Notes under the pieces: generated by a model | Databases searched by the model: none | What the model was told of the DNA's origin: nothing | The model's input: only the letters and a program-made list of their open reading frames with translations | Made by a program: the position numbers and the translations under genes | Source of the DNA: Candidatus Burarchaeum sp. | Lineage (GTDB): Archaea > Micrarchaeota > Micrarchaeia > Burarchaeales > Burarchaeaceae | Assembly (NCBI GenBank): GCA_030646255.1 | Contig: JAUSNF010000021.1 | Coordinates: 9,340-73,339 of the forward strand | DNA: 64,000 nt | Direction of reading: 5' to 3' | In this document: positions 1 through 7,327 of the stretch, in pieces | Numbering within the stretch: the first letter of the stretch is position 1 | Layout: each line of letters opens with the position of its first letter

Positions 1-112
1 TCTGCAAAGCAGGATACTCGTAGGTGTAGAATATGCGGTCCAACCTGGCGCCTTCCACGAAGCACCAGACTTCAACCCTCTTCCCTGTAGCTTCTTTCAG
101 GCGCACCGCCAT
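1..112 (-). CDS. Partial CDS (N-terminal 37 aa: MAVRLKEATGKRVEVWCFVEGARLDRIFYTYEYPALQ...), continues beyond window start; hypothetical
   Basis: Manual reverse-complement translation from ATG (complement of 110-112) is open to position 1 with protein-like composition; not in the ORF track because it is truncated. Confidence 0.3.
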   Translation of the reverse strand, partial: MAVRLKEATGKRVEVWCFVEGARLDRIFYTYEYPALQ

Positions 113-252
113 GTCAGCATAGCGCACTGAACAACTTCGGGTGCGCGGAAGCTGCCGGCTTGAGCCGGTAGAGGAGCGCACCCAGCAGCTTCCCGATTTC
201 TGGCCGGGCCAGAAATGGGCCCATTGCTCGAAGCGTCGAGCAATCGGGCCGC

Positions 253-684
253 CTAAAGTCCATACACGCCGGAAGCTGAGGGCTTTAGCCCGCAGTTGTT
301 CACGGAGTACGCGCCCCAGATGGCATCTGCCTGCGCAAAGGTTACCGGGTAGGGGCCAGCATACGAAACACCGTAAATCACTGCCTTGCCGTCCTTCGGC
401 GAGGCCCTTTCGTACCAGTGCTCCCGCGCGTTCATCTCAAAGTAGGCGGGATATTGGAGCGAAGACTGGGTGCCTTCATCCCATATGGCCTTCTGCACCG
501 AGCCATTGCCCGCATAGGCATTGATGGCGTCCAGCAGCCTCACAAGGCTTCCATGGTTGCCAGTGCCCGACCAGAAGCCCATGTGCACGGGTTTATAAGG
601 ATTGCTTTCCCTACTCATATCAGTGGGTAAGTCCTGGGGTGCTGGTGCACCTTGAGGTGCACATTCGTCAACTCCAGGGTCCAC
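253..684 (-). CDS. Hypothetical GC-rich ORF; HWYER and GNHG motifs are faintly metallophosphoesterase-like and it may be a 3' remnant
   Basis: 143-aa ORF with a GTG start, in the same frame as and separated only by the TAG stop from the upstream DUF3800 gene; sharp GC rise relative to 691-1320. Confidence 0.25.
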   Translation of the reverse strand: MDPGVDECAPQGAPAPQDLPTDMSRESNPYKPVHMGFWSGTGNHGSLVRLLDAINAYAGNGSVQKAIWDEGTQSSLQYPAYFEMNAREHWYERASPKDGKAVIYGVSYAGPYPVTFAQADAIWGAYSVNNCGLKPSASGVYGL

Positions 685-690
685 TAAACG

Positions 691-1320
691 CTACTTTTCC
701 CAAAGCGGTATGACGCTAGTTTTGCCCTCTATTATTTTGAAGTAGGAATCATCCCCAATGCTGAACTTCCTGTTCACTGCCCAGGCTACGAAATCAACGG
801 CCTGCAGCGCCCTATCTTCATATCCATGCAGGCCTTTTATCTGAAGCCCCTTTTGCGGGAAGGCCTCCTTGAATTTGCCGCATACGTATTCCTCAAACTC
901 CCTGCTCAGCAGCCTGTTGGTTTCCCGCTTTTCATAAACGATCGAAACCTCAGCGCACTCTTCTATCTCCATGGTCTGCAGCAGTATTCCTGCAATGTAG
1001 CTGTAAAGCCTGACTTTTTTATCGTATAACTCTGGGCGTATTTTCTGTTTGTCCACCACTATTGTGGCCAGCCTGCAGTCCATCTCGTTTATGGCCTTAA
1101 GGACATAGCGCCTTATTTCCTCATCTGAATTGTTCGCCTTTATCTGCGGAAGGCTGGAAAGCCTCTTGTTCAGCCGCCGCTCCCGTATTCTTTTCATCTT
1201 GTTCTGTATTGGTTTCGGGTCTCCTGTAATTAGTGCGGATATGTTGAAGTATTTGCTTCCGTGCGTTCCCAGGTCTCCACTTTCATCGACAAAAAGGTAT
1301 AGGCATATTGCATTCTCCAT
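691..1320 (-). CDS. DUF3800-family protein (defence/abortive-infection-associated)
   Basis: N-terminal LYLFVDESGDLG motif typical of DUF3800, ~210 aa, AT-richer than flanks. Confidence 0.6.
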   Translation of the reverse strand: MENAICLYLFVDESGDLGTHGSKYFNISALITGDPKPIQNKMKRIRERRLNKRLSSLPQIKANNSDEEIRRYVLKAINEMDCRLATIVVDKQKIRPELYDKKVRLYSYIAGILLQTMEIEECAEVSIVYEKRETNRLLSREFEEYVCGKFKEAFPQKGLQIKGLHGYEDRALQAVDFVAWAVNRKFSIGDDSYFKIIEGKTSVIPLWEK

Positions 1321-1363
1321 AGTAGCGCCATAAATGAACCTTTTGCCGAAGCTTATAAACCAC

Positions 1364-1401
1364 CCGAGACCGGGGAGCGGGTGACTTCCTTACTTCTCCC
1401 C
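1364..1401. repeat. Direct repeat copy A (core GGGGAGCGGGTGACTTCC)
   Basis: 16-bp identical core plus similar flanks with copy at 2841-2879. Confidence 0.5.
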
Positions 1402-1465
1402 TATGGGATCTTCGCCGCCCGAGTTGATGTAAAGGTTTTTATACCTGCCAAAGGAAAGGAAAAGC

Positions 1466-1693
1466 ATGAAGAACCTCGGGCTTACAGCCGTAATCTGGAA
1501 GGAAGGAAAGCACTACGTTTCGCTCTGCCCGCAGCTCGATGTTTCGAGCTTCGGCTCCACAAAGGCCGAAGCCATCGAGAACCTCAAGGAAGCGGCATCC
1601 CTTTATCTTGAGTCGGCAAAGCAGGTGAAGCTTCCCCTGCCTGCCAGCGTAGTTTACAAGAAATTCGTGCTGCCTCTTAAACTGGCTCAATAG
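1466..1693 (+). CDS. hicB: HicB-like (UPF0150) antitoxin, short form
   Basis: 75 aa; motif ...KEGKHYVSLCPQLD...GSTKAEAIENLKEAASLYLE matches the HicB N-domain; 10 bp upstream of hicA. Confidence 0.6.
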   Translation: MKNLGLTAVIWKEGKHYVSLCPQLDVSSFGSTKAEAIENLKEAASLYLESAKQVKLPLPASVVYKKFVLPLKLAQ

Positions 1694-1702
1694 GGCGGTC
1701 CC

Positions 1703-1936
1703 ATGGCCGGGCTGCGGAACATAACTTCGAAGCAGATGGTCGAGTTCCTGAAATCAAAGGGATTCTCGGAACTGCGCCAGAAGGGAAGCCATCTCTCGAT
1801 GTTTTCCCCTTCAACCAAGCACCTCACCGTAGTTCCCATGCACGGGACAAAAGAAATACCAATAGGCACAATTCTTTCAATTCTCCGCTCAGCGGGCTTG
1901 TCGCGAAAAGAGCTCGAGGAATTTTTAGGAAGATGA
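1703..1936 (+). CDS. hicA: HicA mRNA-interferase toxin
   Basis: 77 aa; KGSHLSMFSP...VPMHGTKEIPIGTILSILRSAGL matches the YcfA/HicA signature. Confidence 0.7.
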   Translation: MAGLRNITSKQMVEFLKSKGFSELRQKGSHLSMFSPSTKHLTVVPMHGTKEIPIGTILSILRSAGLSRKELEEFLGR

Positions 1937-2062
1937 TGCTAAGCGGCTCACCGCCCGATAGTTTCAAGCCGCGTTACCTTTCCTGCCCTTGCCTCTGCCT
2001 TAAGCTTGCGCAGTTCCGCCATCTCTGCCTTGCTGAGGGTTATCTCATGCACGAGCTCGCCC

Positions 2063-2134
2063 CTAATACTTCTGCCTATACGCCTTCTTTTTCTCAACGC
2101 GCTGGTACTTGGTCTGGAACTTCTTCTTGCTCAT
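2063..2134 (-). CDS. Micro-ORF copy 1, 23 aa basic peptide MSKKKFQTKYQRVEKKKAYRQKY
   Basis: Paralogue at 5792-5863; differences between copies are mostly synonymous or conservative; G-rich RBS-like GGGGGG about 8 nt upstream and an AT-rich box further upstream. Confidence 0.4.
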   Translation of the reverse strand: MSKKKFQTKYQRVEKKKAYRQKY

Positions 2135-2180
2135 GCGAATCCCCCCATGCCTATTCTCTGCCGCATCTTCTATTATATCA

Positions 2181-2444
2181 CTATATGCCCGTCCACTCCT
2201 CATAATCTTTATGCGTGCCTATGAAAACAAGTGTTCTTACTGCGGCATCCTTGTCCTCGTGATAGCAGAGTCGGTACTGACCGATTTCGCAAACGCAGAT
2301 TGGAAGCCCCTGCTTCAGGTGCCTTGCAGAAATGCCGCCCGCAAGCTGCTCTATCTTCTTCATCACCCTCACTTTCATTCCCTTGTCTAGCTTCGAGAAA
2401 CAAGCGTCCCAGGCAGGATGGAACCATATCTCCCAGGCGCTCAT
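2181..2444 (-). CDS. RelE/ParE-superfamily toxin
   Basis: 87 aa; ...GQYRLCYHEDKDAAVRTLVFIGTHKDYEEW pattern; 4-nt overlap with the upstream antitoxin. Confidence 0.65.
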   Translation of the reverse strand: MSAWEIWFHPAWDACFSKLDKGMKVRVMKKIEQLAGGISARHLKQGLPICVCEIGQYRLCYHEDKDAAVRTLVFIGTHKDYEEWTGI

Positions 2445-2713
2445 TCAAAGGCCTCCGGGTATTTGCGCCTGACATCTGCCATTGTGAGTGCCTTCTTCTT
2501 TCCGCTCCTGAGCTCCTGCATCATGGCCTGCGCCTTTGCTGCAGCCAGCTCATCCATCACTTCCTCCCTGCTCTTTATCATGTGGTATTCCTTGCCTAGC
2601 GCGAGTATGCCCGCCCTTACTGCCTCATTCTTGGTCTTGAAAAAGCCGGCTTCCACTAGGTGCTTGAGCGTTTCTTCTACGGGACCTTCCAGCCTTACTA
2701 GTAATTCCGACAT
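2441..2713 (-). CDS. ParD/CopG-type ribbon-helix-helix antitoxin
   Basis: 90 aa; N-terminal LVRLEGPVEETLKHLVEAGFFKTKNEAVRAGILAL RHH-like; directly precedes the toxin. Confidence 0.55.
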   Translation of the reverse strand: MSELLVRLEGPVEETLKHLVEAGFFKTKNEAVRAGILALGKEYHMIKSREEVMDELAAAKAQAMMQELRSGKKKALTMADVRRKYPEAFE

Positions 2714-2840
2714 TTTACCACCTGTCTTAGTTATATATCAGATTGATATATAAACATATCACTTTGATATACCTGTTCAAGCTATGCATCATTCCTGCTT
2801 CCGCTCTCCTTCAAAGAATATTGGGCATTTAAAGCCTCGG

Positions 2841-2879
2841 AGAGTGGGGAGCGGGTGACTTGCCCTACCTTTTCTTTCC
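2841..2879. repeat. Direct repeat copy B (core GGGGAGCGGGTGACTTGCC), overlaps the Fic stop codon
   Basis: Matches 1364-1401. Confidence 0.5.
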
Positions 2880-3809
2880 AAGCATCCTCTTCAGTGCCTT
2901 ATACTCCTTCAGCAGCAGATTCAGCGTGGGCCTGAGGTCGTGCCCGTGCTCGTACTTCTGCAACGCCGCATAATACTCGCTCCTGTGCTTCATCTCAATG
3001 TTCACCGGCGGCAGGCCGTTCTTCAGCAGCATGTTGTTCAGCAAAAGCCTACCTACCCGGCCGTTACCGTCCTGGAACGGGTGAATGTTCTCGAACTGAT
3101 TGTGAATGACTGCAGCCAGCACGAGCGGAGGGTACCTGCGCCTGTTCTTGGAATACCAGCGCACCAGCTCGAACAGCAGGCTCCTGACCTGCGAGGAAGG
3201 CGCTCCCTGATGCACAATCCTGCGCGCGCCGTCCACCACCGCCACTTCAACGCCCGGCGGCCTGAGCTTGCCTGCAAAGGGCTTCGAGTTTCCGAAAACA
3301 AGCCTATGAAGCTCGAGGATGAGCGGCAGGGAGATATGCTCCTTGGTCTTCCTGATGAACGCAATCGCATTGGCGACCCCATAGGTTTCCGATATCTCCT
3401 CCTTCGGCTTGTCCGGCCAGTTGTCTTTTTCCAATATTTCTTCAACTTCCTTGTAGCTGACAGTGGAACCTTCGATGGCGTTGGTGTCATAGGCGAAGGA
3501 TTCGACGAATTTCTGCCAGTCTTCTTCTGACAGGTGCGCTATTCTGATTTCCCCCATCGCCTCGAGCGTGCGAAGCTCCTTCAGCTCTTGCGGTGAGAGA
3601 GCGGCTTCAAGCGGGTCCCGCATGCCTGCCTGCGCGCTGATTTTGGCCGTTAGCTTTGCTTCGGCCATGCGCTTAGCTTCCGCAAGCTCGTCGGGGCTGA
3701 GGTTCTCGCCGAGATAGATGCGGAGCTTCCTCACCTTGCCGCCCTTCCGGTACGAGTGTGCGAGATAGTATTTTTTCCCTCCCCTCAGTTTCCTAATTTC
3801 GACGTGCAT
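2865..3809 (-). CDS. fic: Fic/Doc-family protein (AMPylase-type)
   Basis: HPFQDGNGRVGR Fic motif, 314 aa. Confidence 0.85.
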   Translation of the reverse strand: MHVEIRKLRGGKKYYLAHSYRKGGKVRKLRIYLGENLSPDELAEAKRMAEAKLTAKISAQAGMRDPLEAALSPQELKELRTLEAMGEIRIAHLSEEDWQKFVESFAYDTNAIEGSTVSYKEVEEILEKDNWPDKPKEEISETYGVANAIAFIRKTKEHISLPLILELHRLVFGNSKPFAGKLRPPGVEVAVVDGARRIVHQGAPSSQVRSLLFELVRWYSKNRRRYPPLVLAAVIHNQFENIHPFQDGNGRVGRLLLNNMLLKNGLPPVNIEMKHRSEYYAALQKYEHGHDLRPTLNLLLKEYKALKRMLGKKR

Positions 3810-3816
3810 GATGCTA

Positions 3817-3932
3817 TTAGGTGACTACATTTTATAAACATTTGCATTTAGGTGACCACACTCACGTCGTAAGCGGGCCGGCTTTAGGTGACTACACATA
3901 CGTCGTAAGCAAGCGCGTTTGGGTGACTACAC
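3817..3932. repeat. Four iteron-like direct repeats T(T/A)(A/G)GGTGAC(T/C)ACA, spaced 32-36 bp, plus 2x CGTCGTAAGC
   Basis: Read directly at about 3817, 3848, 3884 and 3919; lies between the divergent fic start and the helicase gene. Confidence 0.7.
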
Positions 3933-4179
3933 ACGCACATTTTGACGCCTAAATGCGTGCCTAAAAAAACGGCGTGGATTTTACCACACATTTTTCCATT
4001 TCAATGTAAGCCAATACATCGCTCATTTCTTCCCCGCCGCGTCCCCTACGCCTTCCTCCCGCTGTCGTAACTCCACCGCCTTTTTAACAATTGACTTTCC
4101 ATACGCATCTGCGATCAGCAGGTGGGATATTGGTCGAGCGGTATGAAGAACCTAGCGTGATTTAGGGGATGGCTTCGTT

Positions 4180-5682
4180 ATGGGTAGTGCAGCAGCGTAT
4201 TCAACCAATTCATACTCTAGCGCGCCCAAATCCCTTTTGGAACGGCTCGAACCGCTAAACAAAAGAATTAGCGAGCGCATAGAAAGAGAGAGGCAAGAAG
4301 ATGTGCGCACACCCTTGGCCATGGGGCACTCCAGACGTGTTCACAAGACTAGAATAGTTAGGGACGTAATCGGGACAATGACGCAGTTTCCCCTGCGCCT
4401 CGGTTGGGCATTAACGATACACAAAAGCCAGGGCCTTACTTTGCGGCATGTGTGCCTGGATTTTGGCCATAAAGCTCCCTGGGCCCATGGGCAAACTTAT
4501 GTCGCACTGAGCAGATGCACTGGTTTAGACGGACTTTTTCTGAAGGCGCCCATCAGCGATTCCAATGTAATTGTTGATGATCGGATCCTTGATTTTCTCA
4601 ATGATGCCGGTTTGGGCGATTCTCCTGAACTGGACGGCAATTCAACCAGTTTTTATGCACCCCGTGCTTCTGAAACTAGCACGGGCAGCAAGGAAGAACT
4701 GCTTGAACTGCTGGAAACATCAAAAGACTCATTTTTCATAACGGGCCCTGCCGGAAGCGGCAAATCAACCCTAATCAGGGAATTCGTCAATAATACTGAG
4801 AAAAATTCAGTAATCGTGACGTTTACTGGAATAGCTGCCATCAATGTCGGAGGCCAGACTATCAATTCTTTCTTCAGAATCCCGCCTTTCAATTCCAAAA
4901 CTAGGGAGGCAAAGCCCCTTTCGAAAGAAGAGTGCGAGCTGTACCGGAGCATCGACATCATCCTGATAGATGAAATTTCAATGGTCCGCGCGGATTTATT
5001 TGATGAGATGGATGAACGGATGCGCGAGGCCAAACAAAATGACAGCCCATTTGGCGGAGTCCGCATGCTTCTTTTCGGTGACTATTACCAGCTGCCGCCA
5101 ATAGACGATGTTGGTGAAACCATTGCAAAAGGATACGGAACTGAGTATGCCTTCAGCTCCAATGCCTATCGTTCCATGAACATAAAAAATATAAAACTCC
5201 TGAAAATCCACCGCCAAAAAGAGGATTCCATTTTCTTGACGTGCCTTAATGCCATACGCACCGGAACCCGCAGAGAGCAGTTGAGCTCTGCGCTGGCTCA
5301 CATTAATGCCCGTTTCGGAGTAACACCGCAAGAAACTGCGGCCCGGTCGCTGGTAACTTTAACTACGACTAGGCAGCATGCAAAACAGATCAATGAAACA
5401 ATGCTGGGACAATTATCCGGTGAAGAATACCACTATTCTGCCACAGTAACTGGAAAGTTTCCGATTAAGGAAAATAGGATTCCTGCCGAGCTGGATTTAG
5501 TTCTAAAAGCGGGTGCGCGGGTAATTTTTACACAAAATGACCCGAATCATCAATGGGTGAATGGCAGCAGGGGAATAGTGACTAAGCTTACTGAAGATTC
5601 AATGAATATAAAATTAGACGACGGAACACTGGTTTCACCCAATCGTTTTCAATTTGAGATGTTCGAGCATAAGCTCGGTTAA
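4180..5682 (+). CDS. PIF1-like SF1B helicase, circularly permuted ORF
   Basis: Walker A GPAGSGKST, motif Ia GGQTINSFF, motif II ILIDEISMV and motif III LLFGDYYQLPPI at aa ~190-310, but the normally C-terminal motifs QFPLRLGWALTIHKSQG and GQTYVALSR sit at aa ~68-110; lower GC. Confidence 0.7.
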   Translation: MGSAAAYSTNSYSSAPKSLLERLEPLNKRISERIERERQEDVRTPLAMGHSRRVHKTRIVRDVIGTMTQFPLRLGWALTIHKSQGLTLRHVCLDFGHKAPWAHGQTYVALSRCTGLDGLFLKAPISDSNVIVDDRILDFLNDAGLGDSPELDGNSTSFYAPRASETSTGSKEELLELLETSKDSFFITGPAGSGKSTLIREFVNNTEKNSVIVTFTGIAAINVGGQTINSFFRIPPFNSKTREAKPLSKEECELYRSIDIILIDEISMVRADLFDEMDERMREAKQNDSPFGGVRMLLFGDYYQLPPIDDVGETIAKGYGTEYAFSSNAYRSMNIKNIKLLKIHRQKEDSIFLTCLNAIRTGTRREQLSSALAHINARFGVTPQETAARSLVTLTTTRQHAKQINETMLGQLSGEEYHYSATVTGKFPIKENRIPAELDLVLKAGARVIFTQNDPNHQWVNGSRGIVTKLTEDSMNIKLDDGTLVSPNRFQFEMFEHKLG

Positions 5683-5791
5683 ACTCGTCAGAGGCTGAAG
5701 CACCCTTAAAGCTACTTTCTAGCCGTACTGCTCCTTAATTCCTCCCAGTTGCATTCGCAGTTCCCACCAGCCAGCAGTCTGCCTTCCAATC

Positions 5792-5863
5792 CTAATACTT
5801 CTGCCTATATGCCTTCTTTTTTTCCAGGCGCTGGTATTTTGCCTGGAACTTCTTCTTGCTCAT
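5792..5863 (-). CDS. Micro-ORF copy 2, MSKKKFQAKYQRLEKKKAYRQKY
   Basis: Paralogue of 2063-2134; RBS-like AGGGG upstream; immediately downstream of mscL on the same strand. Confidence 0.4.
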   Translation of the reverse strand: MSKKKFQAKYQRLEKKKAYRQKY

Positions 5864-5992
5864 GCGTATCAACCCCTATCTTCTACGTCTTCTCTACTTT
5901 TTATCAACAATCCTTATCAAAAACGGTATCAGGATGTACAGCGTCGTGCTCCATGTGCTGCCCGCCATTGCAACCAAAATTGCACCTCTCCA

Positions 5993-6319
5993 TCACTTCT
6001 TTTTCTTCCCTGTCGCTTCCTCCTTCATAATCAACTTCACTATGGTGAAGACTACGAGCGCGATTATCATAAAGTCTATCAGCGCGCCCACGAAGTCGCC
6101 TATCATGAACTTTGCAGAACCTATCTGCAGGGTGGCCGTGCGCCAGTCTCCGCCAGGTATGAGCACGCCGATTATGGGCATTATAATGTCAGTCACAAGG
6201 GCAGTAACCATTTTGGTCGAGGCCGCGCCTATGACAAATGCAACTGCCAGTCCTATTACCTGATATTTCTTCAGGAACTCCGCAAATTCGGACAAAACGC
6301 TCATGCGACCACCATGCAT
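5993..6319 (-). CDS. mscL: Large-conductance mechanosensitive channel MscL
   Basis: ...FAEFLKKYQVIGLAVAFVIGAASTKMVTALVTDIIMPIIG... MscL signature, 108 aa. Confidence 0.8.
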   Translation of the reverse strand: MHGGRMSVLSEFAEFLKKYQVIGLAVAFVIGAASTKMVTALVTDIIMPIIGVLIPGGDWRTATLQIGSAKFMIGDFVGALIDFMIIALVVFTIVKLIMKEEATGKKKK

Positions 6320-6379
6320 GAGCTCGGAAAGCGGGTTTATAATTATTTATACTTTACTTGAAATGCATAGTCAGAAGAG

Positions 6380-7222
6380 GTGGTTGTCTTGAAGGGAATT
6401 TACTTATTCGCGTTGTTGGCCGTTTTCAGTCTTCTTATGGCAGGCTGCATTAACCTGCCGGGCCAGCAGGCTCAGCCAGCGCCTGAAAAGAATGCGCAGA
6501 CTGGCACCAACTTCGAGATCGAGCTCTACAAGGCGCAGGTGGACAAGGCAGCCCTGCAGGAGAAGTATGATGCTGCAACGGCAGACCTAAGGCAGTGCCT
6601 GGCAGACACGGCCGCATGCGAGGGCAAGCCCGCCGAGAAGTGCCCTGCACCTGAGAACTGCGATGCCATAAAGGCGGAAAGGGATTCTGCGCTTTCAAGG
6701 CTCTCAACCTGCATAGACGAGAAGGCCGCCATAGCCGGCTCGACGGGAACGTGCAATTCAGCTCTTTCAACGTGCCTTTCCGACAAGTCAGGTTTGACAA
6801 CCTCGCTTGCAACATGCACTGCGGACAAGAGCGCCCTGCAGCTTAGTCTAACTGCGGCGCAGAATGCAGTGCCGAACACTACGGTATGGCACTATGCACC
6901 CGGCAATTTAGGCGCTGAGGGCGGCACCGGCTACAGGACAACAGACTACAAGGTGCCCAGCAGCCTGAAGAAGGCGCTCATAGGGCTGGATTATTCAGGA
7001 GGCAGTGACGCGTTCTTCGGGCCAGGCGTAGTGTCCGGCCTAGTGAGGTGGTACACCATGACCTCGGTGGACGGCGTGCGCTTCAGCTCGGACATAGATG
7101 ACACTGTCGTTATCGACCTGTCCGTTGGCAATCCTCTGAAGGTGAAGACAGTCGAGTTCGCGGCAGGCACTTCAAAGGAGGGCTTTGCACTAAAACGCGT
7201 GATTGCAATTTACATCCAATGA
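6380..7222 (+). CDS. Putative secreted lipoprotein, Cys-rich with a coiled-coil
   Basis: Signal peptide followed by the LLMAGC lipobox-like motif; no recognisable domain. Confidence 0.4.
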   Translation: MVVLKGIYLFALLAVFSLLMAGCINLPGQQAQPAPEKNAQTGTNFEIELYKAQVDKAALQEKYDAATADLRQCLADTAACEGKPAEKCPAPENCDAIKAERDSALSRLSTCIDEKAAIAGSTGTCNSALSTCLSDKSGLTTSLATCTADKSALQLSLTAAQNAVPNTTVWHYAPGNLGAEGGTGYRTTDYKVPSSLKKALIGLDYSGGSDAFFGPGVVSGLVRWYTMTSVDGVRFSSDIDDTVVIDLSVGNPLKVKTVEFAAGTSKEGFALKRVIAIYIQ

Positions 7223-7327
7223 GCGCTTCCAGTCATTTGCGCGCAAGCTTCAGGCCTATGAATGCAAGAAGCGCCAGCACGATTAGCGCGCCCACTCACG
7301 TGCAGCTTGCAGTGCCTGCAGAAAATC

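Noticed and set aside
141-524. 127-aa plus-strand ORF at the window start.
   Set aside because: Arg/Pro/Ser-rich nonsense composition, typical of a GC-rich spurious frame.
685-693. Stop-codon readthrough joining the DUF3800 gene in-frame to ORF 253-684.
   Set aside because: Being in the same frame is a 1-in-3 coincidence. Composition changes abruptly at the junction, which is more consistent with an insertion boundary.
1933-2060. Second small ORF (GTG...HEITLSKAEMAELRKLKAEARAGKVTRLETIGR) downstream of micro-ORF 1, possibly joined to it by a frameshift.
   Set aside because: It has no counterpart next to micro-ORF copy 2, overlaps the hicA 3' end, and has no supporting motif.
3817-3932. Possible CRISPR array.
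   Set aside because: Repeat units are only ~13 bp, spacing is irregular (32-36 bp), copies are imperfect, and there are no cas genes. It is better explained as iterons or operator sites.
2063-5875. The ~85-bp repeat pair as attL/attR or a target-site duplication.
   Set aside because: Similarity is confined to an ORF plus its RBS, and the differences follow codon structure (synonymous or conservative). That pattern indicates coding paralogues rather than recombination scars. A role as recombination substrate is not excluded.
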